From Pseudanabaena sp. OTE_70b_metabat_355 (lineage in GTDB: Bacteria > Cyanobacteriota > Cyanobacteriia > Pseudanabaenales > Pseudanabaenaceae), in contig JANMFC010000526.1 in the NCBI GenBank assembly GCA_031377675.1, forward strand, positions 120 through 64,119: a stretch of DNA of 64,000 bases, written 5' to 3'. The translations under genes and the position numbers were made by a program. The notes under the pieces are model-generated. The model searched no databases and was not told the DNA's origin. It saw only the letters and a list, made by a program, of their open reading frames with translations. Shown in pieces: positions 28,301 to 39,300 of the stretch. Within the stretch, counting starts at the first letter, position 1; the number at the start of each line of letters is the position of its first letter.

Positions 28301-31117
28301 TTGACTAGCCAGAGTGGTGATAGCTACAATATCGGACTGGAATATACCGACAACCCCGATCTGAAGGGCAGTATCAGGTTTGAGAATCGTAGTGGCAACA
28401 ACAGCAGCAACACGGTGCTTAGCGCTTCGGTTCTCGGTAAACTCACGCCTGCGATGAGCATGATGTTCAACTATCAGCAGTCTAGCGCCGCCAACCAAGG
28501 ACTGTCAGGTATGGGGACGATCGCTAATCTCAGGGTGGGGCTAGCCTATCGCGATCCCCAAGATGATAAATTTAATGCTCTACTTCGTTATGAATACCGC
28601 CAAAATCCGAGCATTATTCCCGAATCACTGTTGATTGGTGGCGGTAGTGGCTATGTTGATCACACTCTCGCCCTTGAAGCGCTTTATGCTCCTAACTGGC
28701 AATGGGAATTTTATGGCAAGCTCGCACTCCGCAACAGCACCACCACGATCGCTAAAGACTTTACGGGTGTATCCAATACCAACTTGACTCAGTTTCGAGC
28801 TACCTATCGTGCGGGTTATAACGTGGAGCTTGTGGGTGAAGCGAGAATGCTCAACCAGCCCACCGCAGGCTATAGCGAAATCGGATTAGTGGGAGAAGTT
28901 GGCTATTACCTGACCCCTGATTTACGCTTAGCTTTGGGCTATAGCAGTGGTTCGATTAATACCGATCGCGATTTTAGTGGTTCGCGCTCCGCAGGTGGAC
29001 TATATGCAGGGATCACGGTTAAGCTCAACGAATTGTTTGATGGCTTTGGTTTACAAAAGACTCCACCACGTCAGCAACAGGAGCCAATCGATCCGCAAAC
29101 ACCTGTATTGCAGGAGCCAAAACCCGCCCAAAAATTATCGGCGGCTTTAACGTCTGACGAAACTCAGATCATTAGCTTGAACGTAGCGCGATCGCTGACA
29201 TTCCAAGATAGCAAGCAAGGCGATAGTGCCGAGTTAGCCGCCTCAGACATTGCGATTCTGGAAAACCTTGCCTCAGTCTTAAAAGAATTTAACAATCTCT
29301 CCATTGATATCCAAGGACAAATTGGTTCTCTTGCCGATATGAATTCGGGTGAGAATGTGGCGGCGAATCGGATGATGGCGGCGAGAAAATATCTACTCAA
29401 TCGCGGTGTTGCTTCTAATCAAATGACTTTACGTTCATTGGGTGCTGTGGCGGCTACACCTAGCAATCCTGATAGTAAGATTGCATCAGCAAATTCTTCG
29501 GCAAACGCCATGCCGATCAGCTTTGCACTCACAGGTCGCGCCGATATCTTTAACGCGATCGCTACGAGACTGCAAACGATGGCAACGAGTACGCCAGCGA
29601 CTGAATTTTTACAAGCAATTTTACCGAAGGTTGAGCCGACTCTCCAAGCTAATGCTGCGATCGCGCCCACCAATGCTCCTAATCGACCCGTTGCGAATAC
29701 GACTGTGGGGGTCAACTTTAGTAATGACGGTAGAATTGCCGACTTGAGCTATGCCACCCTCGATCGCTTGATCGAGCGACTGAAGGCTAACCCCAACGCA
29801 ACTACCGAAATTCAATCTGGCTCAGCGCTAACGGCTTCAGCAACTCAAGATCTGGATATGTTTAGGCTGACCGCAATCAGAGAATACTTGCTGGATAAGG
29901 GAATTAGTTCCGATCGCATTTTACTCAGTACAAATAGCGCGACTAATAATCAGGCGGCTTCGGCACAGGTATTAATTTCGCTCAATGTCGATGATGCTAA
30001 CACCAACATCGCGGCAACGCCGACTACTCCAACCACACAAGCAAGTTCTCAAACTACTCCAACTACTCAAGCAAGTTCTCAAACTACTCCAACTCCACAG
30101 GCTAGCGCTACGACCGCGCCTGTTCCACTTGCTAGCGCTGACATCTTGAACTCGCCATTAGCAATGCTGCTAAACAATGGCGATCGCCGCCTCAATAGTT
30201 GGCTCGAAAGTTCGTTGCCCAACTTGCCATTTGTTGATGCGTTCAATCCTCAATTTAATGGTCAATTCAATCTCCAGTTTATTGACGCACTCCAAATTCC
30301 AAGCTCTGTTCCTAGCGTTGGACTCACCCAATTGTTAACTCAGTTACCCGTAACTACCGATTCGCTGTTATTAGCGATCGCCCCTGCTGAGAATAATAAT
30401 CCTAAGCCGACATCTAGTCTTTGGAGCTATGCCTTTGAGAACTCAACAACACAACTCATGAGCAAGTTGCTCGATCTGTCCACACCGCTTGCCACAGCCA
30501 ACACTACCCCCGCTACACAGGCTAGCGCCACAACTGAAGTTATACCCTTGGCAAGTGCAAATACTCTAGTCTCGCCATTGGCGCTGTTGTTAGATGGCAG
30601 CGATCGCCGCTTCAACAATTGGATCGAAAGCTCGTTACCAGACTTTATATTTAATAGTCAAGTTAATACTCTATTCACTGGTCAGTTTAGTGACTCGTTC
30701 CGAGTATCTAATACGGGAGCGACTCAACTGTTAACTCAATTGCCAATCACTCCTGAAGCATTGCTATTGGCGATCGCGCCTATTGATCGGTCAGTCGATA
30801 ACAAGCCCACATTACCAACAGCCGAATCTAGTCGCATCTTGAGTTACTACTTTGACAATTCGCCCACACAACTCGTAAGTTTATTATTGGGTAATGAACG
30901 GGCGGCTAATAGTCCATCGGCAATTAACAATAATGCTCAGGCTAACGCCAATAGCCCCGATGACAGCGCCAATCGTCGTCTTGCAAACGCCTTTAACTTC
31001 CTGTTAAGTAAGGATGGCGACACGGTGACAGCGTTCCTGCGATCGCTGGGAATTAGTAGTACCGAGAAAAGCGGCTTTGTGATTGACCCCGCTCAATTCA
31101 ATCAGATTAAGAATTAG
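25364..31117 (+). CDS. Very large predicted outer-membrane beta-barrel protein with N-terminal Ig-like domains and C-terminal OmpA-like domains, 1917 aa
   Basis: Signal peptide, P/T linker, Ig-like domains (PADGRSYATV), about 870 aa of amphipathic beta-strands ending GLYAGITVKLNELF, two degenerate OmpA-like segments, and a duplicated C-terminal repeat. Confidence 0.75.
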   Translation: MKNTSAPLLKLAIFAFPQVMLLLIAPSVRADVVSDVSTESKKTDIKQKDSLANPVKVLPVNAESVKVEPISVKVEAIASPKVDPQNITIEKPAEKPTEKVTGQNEPANTANLTTNPPKNPPKNPTVSQSPVAPETTPNPTTPTPATAPTNSTSPRITILSPTANTVMDAPAATVVIQSPSNTKVELLVNGKLVDSNSIGRSELDEVNKTITQTWYGVPLQAGENILSARVAGTEQTLSSVTVKVRGTPVKLAINTLESRIPADGRSYATVDGQLVDENGNRSNWDAIVTLQASDGEFIGTDASPEQPGFQVQAKQGKFTAQLKSGLKAGTIIIRAQNAQMETFTQVQFETDLRPSLVTGVIDLRVGARGTDFYRSLREFLPSDRDNRTQVDLYGAVFGTGRVGEWLVTGAYNNSRTLNQDCSGNSSLFSGEKYCGTQYPVYGDSSTASQAARSYDSLYLRFERTSSVKDASPDYFMWGNFNTEEFASRSQQYSSISRQLHGAKGNFNLGDVQLTGFYSNVGKGFQRDTIAPNGTSGTYFLSRQLLISGSENVFVELVDFFSAGTVVSRKEAVRGKDYDINYDNGSLLFRQPLYQTELGDKGELLRRQVVITYQNEQAGGDSSIYGGQLRYHLNRSQSQPSSLAVNYFKESQGIRNFVLYGANALISFSEKTQLTAEYARSENDSEVVGFVSGSAYRFELNSEIAGILGKIYYNKAETGFANNATISFVPGQTRFGTQLSAKVGSTTDLRFQYEQENNNGIAPRPLTVLTDLLTPRQEAVPGTAVDNSLRTISFGLQQNIGAALLNLDLLYRDRQDRQTPNVLSSNSTQLRSRVSVPIAENLKFSAQNEVSLSSSADAVIPDRSVVSLDWTIVQGLTARLGQQWFHSGALAGSSITSADLLGEYRLGTDTSLTGRYSVVGGGNTTSTQGSVGLNQRWQIMPGLRLGFGYEKVFGTFASATTTATGTQFQQPVAVGQSSSSLTSQSGDSYNIGLEYTDNPDLKGSIRFENRSGNNSSNTVLSASVLGKLTPAMSMMFNYQQSSAANQGLSGMGTIANLRVGLAYRDPQDDKFNALLRYEYRQNPSIIPESLLIGGGSGYVDHTLALEALYAPNWQWEFYGKLALRNSTTTIAKDFTGVSNTNLTQFRATYRAGYNVELVGEARMLNQPTAGYSEIGLVGEVGYYLTPDLRLALGYSSGSINTDRDFSGSRSAGGLYAGITVKLNELFDGFGLQKTPPRQQQEPIDPQTPVLQEPKPAQKLSAALTSDETQIISLNVARSLTFQDSKQGDSAELAASDIAILENLASVLKEFNNLSIDIQGQIGSLADMNSGENVAANRMMAARKYLLNRGVASNQMTLRSLGAVAATPSNPDSKIASANSSANAMPISFALTGRADIFNAIATRLQTMATSTPATEFLQAILPKVEPTLQANAAIAPTNAPNRPVANTTVGVNFSNDGRIADLSYATLDRLIERLKANPNATTEIQSGSALTASATQDLDMFRLTAIREYLLDKGISSDRILLSTNSATNNQAASAQVLISLNVDDANTNIAATPTTPTTQASSQTTPTTQASSQTTPTPQASATTAPVPLASADILNSPLAMLLNNGDRRLNSWLESSLPNLPFVDAFNPQFNGQFNLQFIDALQIPSSVPSVGLTQLLTQLPVTTDSLLLAIAPAENNNPKPTSSLWSYAFENSTTQLMSKLLDLSTPLATANTTPATQASATTEVIPLASANTLVSPLALLLDGSDRRFNNWIESSLPDFIFNSQVNTLFTGQFSDSFRVSNTGATQLLTQLPITPEALLLAIAPIDRSVDNKPTLPTAESSRILSYYFDNSPTQLVSLLLGNERAANSPSAINNNAQANANSPDDSANRRLANAFNFLLSKDGDTVTAFLRSLGISSTEKSGFVIDPAQFNQIKN
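30022..30110 (+). repeat. In-frame 30-nt tandem repeat (TTPTTQASSQ, about 3 copies)
   Basis: actactccaaccacacaagcaagttctcaa / actactccaactactcaagcaagttctcaa / actactccaactccacaggctagc. Confidence 0.85.
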
Positions 31118-31131
31118 AGGGAGATAAGATT

Positions 31132-33300
31132 ATGAAAACGTCAATTACGAATTACGAATTACGAATTATCAGAAAAAGTAGCCTATTAATCGGTTGCTTT
31201 GGTTTTATGGTTGTGGCTTCTCCCTATGCGATCGCCCAAACCACGCCTAAACCACTCTCTCCCGTAGTCCTTAATTATCAAATTACGGTTAACAGTAATG
31301 AGGATGGTGAAATCAAACCCGATCGCGAGTTGACCTTGCGTGAGGCGATCGCGATCGCTAATCGTACTCTTGCGGTTGAAAGTCTGAGTGAGACTGAACG
31401 CGCTCAAGTTAAACCGTTTTCCAATATTAAAAATTCAACAATTAGTTTTAACTTACCGCCTAACAGCACTACGATCCGATTAAATAAAGCTTTACCCAAT
31501 CTTAGTAGCGAGAACTTGCTGATTGATGGCACAAGCCAAGCGGGTTATGACGCTAATAAATCCTTTGCTCAAGAATTAAAAATTCCCCAACCAATTGTGG
31601 CGATCACCCCTGTGGATGGTGTCGAGATATTTCGTGGTTTGACGATTGTTGCTGATGGCGTGACGATTAGGGGATTGAGCATCTATGGTTTTAACTCTCG
31701 CGAGAGTGTACCGACAACTACGCCCACGGCTGATATTTTTATTTCGCACCAAGCGCCGCCGCCTGATACTTCACAGCAACAGCAACCTGCGCCTAATGCA
31801 CCTTTTTATGATAAGGATCGCCCCCCTATTGGTGTAGTACTGGAGGCAAACTGGCTGGGGATCACCCCTGCTGGCACTATGCCTAAGCAGCCATCTGGGT
31901 TTGGGGTATATCTATTTAATAGTAAGGATGCAAGCATCCGTAATAATCGCATTGCCTACCATGAGGGTAGTGGGATCGTGTCACTGGTAAGGTCAACGGG
32001 TAGCCAGATTATCGAAAATGCGATTACGGACAATGGTTTTGATGGTATGCCCCACGGAATTTATCTCGAAGGTGAGATTGATAAGTTGCGAATTAAGGGC
32101 AATACGATCTGTGCTAATGATGGCAGTGGCGTGTATTTGTTTAAACCGAATGGCGCGATCGCCATTGAGAACAATCGAATTTTGTTTAATGCGCGGAGTA
32201 CGCTTTATTCGGCGATTTATCTGATGGGGAACGATCATCAAGTCACTAATAACGAGATTCGCAATCAACGCGGCGGTGGTGTGGCGATCTCCTCTTACCC
32301 CAAAAGCGATCGCGCCTTAATTCGTAAAAACAACTTTACAGCGCTCAAGGGTTTGAGCATTGATTTGATTGGTTTACGTCATGTCGGTGTCAGGGATTAT
32401 GTCACGGGTGATGGCATCAATCTCCAGCGTGATTCTAATTTTCGGCGAGTCGATACCGCCAATGGCGCGATTAATTCACCAATATTTTTAGCCTCTGCTT
32501 TTCCGATGTTTAGTAGCGATCGCGTGAATATTGATGGCAAAGCCGATCCTGATACGGAAGTTGATCTCTATCGCGTTGTGGGCAAAATCGATGCGAATTT
32601 ACCTTATGGACCGCTCAGTGAATATTTAACTACGGTTAAGACTAATAGTGACGGTAAGTTTGCGGCAACTCTCAAAAACATTAAAGTCGGTGACACGATA
32701 AGCGCGATCGCGACTGATCCAACCTACGGCACATCCGAGCCAGCCTTCAATGCCAAAATCATCAATCCTGATCTCTCATCGCCTACGCCTACGCCTATAA
32801 CTGCATCCCCTCCCGCCTGTACTTCACCACCACAAATTGTCGAGATTCCACCTGCACCGCCCGATCCGCCTAAACCGCCCTCCCCAATCGTACTTTCTGT
32901 GCCAAGGCGCATTCACTTTGCCCTTGACAAGGACTTTATTAGCGACAGGAGCGCTCTGATTCTCGATCGCGTTGCGGTCGTGCTTAATCAATACCCGACG
33001 ATCATTATTGCCCTTGAGGGACATACCGACTCTAGAGCCAGTGATGCTTACAACATTGATCTTGGTTTTCGCCGCTCTAAGTCTGCGCGGAATTATCTGC
33101 TCCGCAAAGGGATTGCTTCAGAACGGATGACGGTGAGAACCTTTGGTGAGAGCAGGTTAACCTCTCCAAACCGAGAAATTATCGACTTTGCCCGCGATCG
33201 CCGTGTGGAGATTGAGTTTACCGATATCCGCGATGTCGAGATTCGCTTTGAAAATCAAGAATCAGACTTGCAACTAGAACAACCAGGAGATCAAAAGTAA
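31132..33300 (+). CDS. CSLREA-like / right-handed beta-helix protein with C-terminal OmpA-like peptidoglycan-binding domain
   Basis: ITVNSNEDG...LTLREAI, beta-helix repeats (I.NN.I..N...GI), P-rich linker, IHFALDK...LEGHTD..ASDAYN..LG.RR...RRVE. The stop overlaps the next ATG (TAATG). Confidence 0.85.
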   Translation: MKTSITNYELRIIRKSSLLIGCFGFMVVASPYAIAQTTPKPLSPVVLNYQITVNSNEDGEIKPDRELTLREAIAIANRTLAVESLSETERAQVKPFSNIKNSTISFNLPPNSTTIRLNKALPNLSSENLLIDGTSQAGYDANKSFAQELKIPQPIVAITPVDGVEIFRGLTIVADGVTIRGLSIYGFNSRESVPTTTPTADIFISHQAPPPDTSQQQQPAPNAPFYDKDRPPIGVVLEANWLGITPAGTMPKQPSGFGVYLFNSKDASIRNNRIAYHEGSGIVSLVRSTGSQIIENAITDNGFDGMPHGIYLEGEIDKLRIKGNTICANDGSGVYLFKPNGAIAIENNRILFNARSTLYSAIYLMGNDHQVTNNEIRNQRGGGVAISSYPKSDRALIRKNNFTALKGLSIDLIGLRHVGVRDYVTGDGINLQRDSNFRRVDTANGAINSPIFLASAFPMFSSDRVNIDGKADPDTEVDLYRVVGKIDANLPYGPLSEYLTTVKTNSDGKFAATLKNIKVGDTISAIATDPTYGTSEPAFNAKIINPDLSSPTPTPITASPPACTSPPQIVEIPPAPPDPPKPPSPIVLSVPRRIHFALDKDFISDRSALILDRVAVVLNQYPTIIIALEGHTDSRASDAYNIDLGFRRSKSARNYLLRKGIASERMTVRTFGESRLTSPNREIIDFARDRRVEIEFTDIRDVEIRFENQESDLQLEQPGDQK
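31143..31168 (+). repeat. STRR-type heptamer repeat (AATTACG)x3 in a signal-peptide N-region
   Basis: aattacg aattacg aattacg aatta encoding ITNYELRI. Confidence 0.8.
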
Positions 33301-36300
33301 TGTTTAGAGCATTGAAAAATTTTTTAAATTCAAATTCTATTGGTAACAAGCGACGGGCTGCATCACCGAAACCTGAAAATCAAACTAAAAATCGAATCGA
33401 CAATCAAATTGAGAATCAGAGCAAGCGATCGGGAAGGATTGCTAGCAAAAATAGAACTAATAAAAAAGCAAAAATATCTATCCAAAAGTCTCGTAAACAA
33501 AATCAACTAAAACGGGTTAGCCGCTTTTTAGGGATTGTATTTACGACTTTTGTGCTGATGTTACAGCTTTCAGGCTTAGGGCTATTATTTACACTACAGC
33601 CAGCTTATGCCGCCACAACCTTAGCGATCGAACCTATTACTTGGGATTTTGTGGGCTTAGATAGTAACAAACCTGAATCTCAAGGTCCAAACACCTATGT
33701 TGTCGGCGCAAGGGTCTGTAATTTAGGTATTGAAGATGCCCGCAATGTCAGCGTAAGATTTATTAAAGACGGCGTAGATAATGGTTATGCGTTTATTCGT
33801 CTTCAGTCGGGGGAAGTCTACACCTTTGATCGGGTTAAAGCGAATGTACCTGCCAATAATGCAGTTAGTGCAGATATTTATGGACGTATTAAATTAACAA
33901 CTGGAAGTATTGCTGGCGGTTATACATTTGACACTCCCGCAAATGGCAGTCTACTCAAAACTAAGTACAGAATCAATTACACTCCGACTAATTGCCAAGA
34001 TTTTTATTACAACTTTGAAGTAACCCGTACCGATGCCGCATGGAATACCTATCAGAAATATTATCTTAGAGCAACAGCCGACAATGCAGGCACAGTAGAA
34101 ACGGCTCGCCCTCGTCAAAGTTACATTGAGAAGTTAATCTCACAGGCTAGAAATGAAGTTTATTTCTTTGGTTGTGATGCCCTAGGAGGAGTAGCTTATG
34201 CTGGTCCGACTGTGAGTGTAGGCGTGGGAGATACATTTACCTGCCAAGCCCGCGCCCATACGGCGACCGCCTATCCGCAAATGAGTTTTACCTCGGATAT
34301 TCCCAATGTTATTTTCCAAGTTTTAGACGTTCAGAGTACTTATAGTGATCCCGTAGGTGGTGTCAATAGTACGGTTTATGCGGATGGTTGTGGTTGGGTT
34401 CAAGATCCGACCGATCCTCGTTATCACCTCAGTCCAGGCGCTTGTAGTAGTGAGACGGGTTTTGCCAATACATATTCTGACCAATATCCCTACACAGCAC
34501 CGCCAACAGAAGGTAAGGGTGCGGTGGGTAATGATATCACCACAATTTATAAAATCAAGGTAATCGCTTTCCCGAATGGTATTCCGAATCCGATTAAAGT
34601 TTCTAATGTAATTTTGGATTATTCGGGTTCAAGTTATCACTACAACGCTGATTATGGTATTGCTCCTAACGTTGTTAATATCAATGTGGTAACTCCTTCT
34701 GCGACTGATTTAAGCGTCGTTAAAAGTCACGTTGGCAACTTCAATTTTGGCAATAATACTTATACCCTCACTGTCAGTGATGACGTTAATAGTTCGAGCG
34801 CAAAGGCTCCTGTTATTTTAACGGATACTTTACCTGCGGGTTATACATTTGTAGATCAGAATGCTCTACTTTCAGGGACGCAACCTTTAAGTGGTCCGAG
34901 TGCAGTCAATTGGAATTGTGAAACATCAGGACAAGTCCTGACTTGCCTCTATGACACTGACGGAGATGGCGTGGGTGATAATTTCCCTGATGGCGGAACA
35001 AATGCTTTAACGTTGAATGTAAATATCGCTAATGGTGCTTTGCCCAGTGGAACAACTAGCACCAACTTTGTGAGGGTTGCTTTAAATACGGCTCAAACTG
35101 ACTCTAATCCTGCGAATAATACGTCGAGTGATCCAACTACTATATTACCTAATGCGGATTTGGCGATCGTCAAAACCCTTGCCGATGGTGACTTAACGGT
35201 TGGTGGTAATCAAGCTTCTTTTGTAACTGGAAGACAGGGTACTTATAATCTACAGGTCACTAATTTAGGGAATATCACAGCGACAACGCCCACAATTACG
35301 GATACATTACCCTCAGAGTTACAATTTGTTTCAGGAGTAGGGACTAACTGGACTTGTAGCGCGGTGGGTCAAAATGTTACCTGTACATCGAGTCAAAATA
35401 TAGCTCCTGCCGCAACAACTAATGTTACTTTGACAGTCCTAGTCAGAGATACTAGCAGCACAAGTACGATTAATACGGCCATTGTTTCGAGTCCTACTTA
35501 TGACGCGATTCTAACTAATAATACGAGTTCTGTAACCACTCCAATTACTCGACCGACTCCTGATTTAAGTATTACCAAAACTCCATCACCCGTAACTCTA
35601 ATTCTCAATAAAAATAGTAATTACACTATCAATGTAAGTAATGTTGGTTCGGATGCAACCAGTGGCACGATTAAGGTAGATGAGATATTTCCCACTGGTT
35701 TTGGGATGCAATATATCGCTCATGCTGGTTCGGGTTGGAGTTGTATTTACAGCGATAGCACCCCGACTACCCGCCCTTGTCAAAGTGGTGATACGACAAA
35801 TGGCACAGGCACAACTGTGGGAACTCAAAATATCACTTTCTATAATCCCGGTCCTTTGGCTGCGGGTGCGAGTAGTGCCATTACGTTAACGGTCAAAGCA
35901 ACTTTAGATCCAGGTTCTACTGTAAATAACACGGTTAAAGTCAGCACCCCAGGAGACGGTGGAACTGGTACAAAAACAGCGATCTCACCCACTAATATTG
36001 GTAAACCAGATTTAAGCATCATCAAAACCCATGCTGATCCGATGACATTGAGTACCAATAATGACTACACTATTACAGTTACAAATTCTAGTACAGCAGG
36101 AACGGCAACAACCACTGGACCAATTAGCGTCACAGAAACCTTTCCTAGCACAGGTAGCTTTGCCTACGTTTCTCATTCTGGTTCAGGGTGGAGTTGTATT
36201 TTTGAAGCTACAGGAACTTCCCCTGTATCGCCTCGCGCCTGTCTAAGTGGTGACACTACAGGAACGGCATCTGGAACCACTAGAACCATCACTTTCTACA

Positions 36301-39300
36301 ATACTGGCCCCTTATCAGCAGGACAAACTAGTTCCTTTACGCTGACGGTAAATCCTGGAGCAACAGTGATTACGGCAGTTCCCAATACGGTTGTGGTCTC
36401 TACCGAAGGAGAGGCAAGTACAACCTTAGCTAATAATACTTACCCTGATCCCACCAGTACCTTGGCAGCGGGTTCATCCACTCGTGATATCGCGGTAGAA
36501 AAACGGATAACGCGGGTTTCTGGTAGTCCGATCGCGCTCACAGATACTACTCCCACAGCTATTACCTACGTTGCTGCTGCTCCTACGGCAACTCAATGTA
36601 CAGGAGCATTACCAGCAGGAGCTGGGGTGACTCCATTTACTCCATCAGGAGGGACTAATCCCGCAGATGACTTTTCAGGAACTGGCACAAACGTTGCGGC
36701 AATTGATACGGCAACGCTTGCAGCATCTCGCAGGTACACCTGTCCCGCACTTACGGCTGGACAATATGTTCAGTACAAAATCGCTGTCGGCAGTAATCAG
36801 TCTTCTGGTAGTGGGAAGGACATTGGTATTAGTTTCAATGATGCTATTCCCTCAATCCTTCAAAATGTAAGCTGGTCTTGTTCTATTCCCGAACCTGGGA
36901 TTGGCGGCGGCGGCGGTCCTGCTGGCAATAATACCTGTGATACCAGTGTTCTAACTCCTCCCACTTATCCCACTCCTGAAATAACAGGAACTACTAATAC
37001 AATTAGTCTTCCTCGCATTGGACTTAGGAAACGAGGCACGGGTAATCCAGGTGAAATCCCCTATGCATTGATTACTGTAGTGGGGCGGGTTAATCCTAGT
37101 GCCACGGCAGCAGACTTAGCGAGAATTGATAATATTGCTAACTTAGGAACTGATGCAAACCTAAACAATAACTCTTGGACAGTTCAAAGTGGTAGTGGTG
37201 TTGTACCTACACCTCCTGACTTAACGATTACTAAAACGGGCATCGCTAGTATTAATAATTATGCTCAGGGAACTTATACTCTTGCCGTTGCTACTACTGC
37301 CGCATCTACCCCAGCTACTAATCGAATTACTGTCATTGATACTTTACCCACGGGTTTAGATTTTGTTTCTGCATCAGGCACAAACTGGACTTGCAGTTCC
37401 GCAGGCTCAATTATTACTTGTTATTCAGATACAGATATTCCTAGCAATACAACTAGCGCTGAAACCATCGCGGTGACTGTTAAAGCTAACTCTGTAGCTG
37501 TTTTACCCACTGTCGTGATAAACCGAGCTAGCGTTAGTACGGCCAGTGAAACGATTTTAAATAATAACAACGCCACCGCCAGCACAACTATTAATGCGCC
37601 TGTTTTACCGAATTTAACTGTTGGTAAAACTGATGGCGGGGCAACATTTACTCAAGGAGTTAACGGTACTTACACAATCACCGTCAATAATACGGGGACT
37701 GTAGCGACCAGCACTCCGATCACGGTTACTGATACCTTACCCACTGGATTAACTTACTTCTCAGCAACGGGTACAAACTGGACTTGTTCTAATTCGGGTC
37801 AGATTGTTATTTGTAACACCAGTCAAGTTATTAATAACGGTTCTAGTGCAACTCCTATTACGCTTATTGTGACTCCAACGATTGGTACAGGTACAGTCAC
37901 GAATAATGTGCGAGTTGACACTACTGCCAATGCCGAAACCACTACGGCAGATAACACGGGAAGTGACACGACACCCTTACAAACTAATATCACTGATATT
38001 TCCATTGCGAAAACTGCTCGTAGCTTTGATGGATTATCTGCTGTCACCAATTTCCAACAAGGACAGCAATATCGCTATCGTTTGGCGGTAACAAATATCA
38101 GTGCCACTGTGCCAGCCGTTGCGCCGATTACCGTTACTGACCTTTTACCCACAGGCTTAACTTATCTCTATAGTGCTAGCACAGATGGGTTTACCTGTTC
38201 CGCTACAGGGCAAACAGTAACCTGCGATCGCCCTACCAATTTAGCCCCAAGTAGCACTGTAAGCGTAGATTTAGTAGTCCAAGTTGGCGGTTCAGCCCCA
38301 GCAAGTGTGACTAACCAAGCACGGGTGACTAGTGTCAGCGATACTTGCCCTGACTTTACTTGCACAGGCGGTACAAAAGACAATAACCGCACCACTCTCA
38401 ATAATACGATCGGTGCTACGGTAGATCTTGCGATCGTTAAAACCGCAGTAGATCAAGATGCGGTCACTGCTGGCAATCAGTTCTATCAAGATGGTCCAGC
38501 CGTCTATAACATCACTGTTACTAATAATGGTCCATCTAACTATGCTGGTTCGGTGATTGTCAATGAGAATTTGAGTGCCATTACTCCTTCCGATCCTAAC
38601 TTTACTTATGTTTCCCATACCGACAACACCACTTGGACTTGTACCAGTGGCGGCGGCTCTTGTGTTGGCAATAAGAACTTGGTATTTACCAAAACTGGCG
38701 GTTTACTCGCTGGTGAAAGCTCCACGATCGCCCTAACGATCAATGTTCCTGATGGCGTAACTGGCTTGAAAACAAACGTCGCCAGCATTGATGCTGCAAC
38801 GATCACGGCTGCAAATGACACTGTGCCAGGTAACAATACCGAGAATGAAGTCGTAGATGTTTTGGATAACCTAACCACCTTGACTTTGGTGAAAGATGAC
38901 AACGATGGTACGGGTGAACCAATTAACGCCGATCTACAAACTAAATTCTTTAGAGGTGGTATCGGTAAATATACAATTGTGGCAACGAATACTGGAGGTT
39001 CCGCCGCTAAAGCCCCCGTTACGATTAGTGATACTTTACCCAGTGGCTTAACTTACGCGGGTAATAGTCTTACTTCCAATTGGCAATGTACTGCGGGGGG
39101 TGGTAATAGCTTCTCCTGTATTTACGGTAATTGGAATCCTACTTTTACTACCTTTACTCAAGCGAATATGCCCGTTGGCACAACCTCTGGGGTAGAGATT
39201 TTGGTTAATGTGTCTAACACAGCCACTCTATCAACCTTAGATACAACTCCTCCCGCTCCAGATGTTTATAACGCAGGTTTAACTACAAATACAGCCAGCA

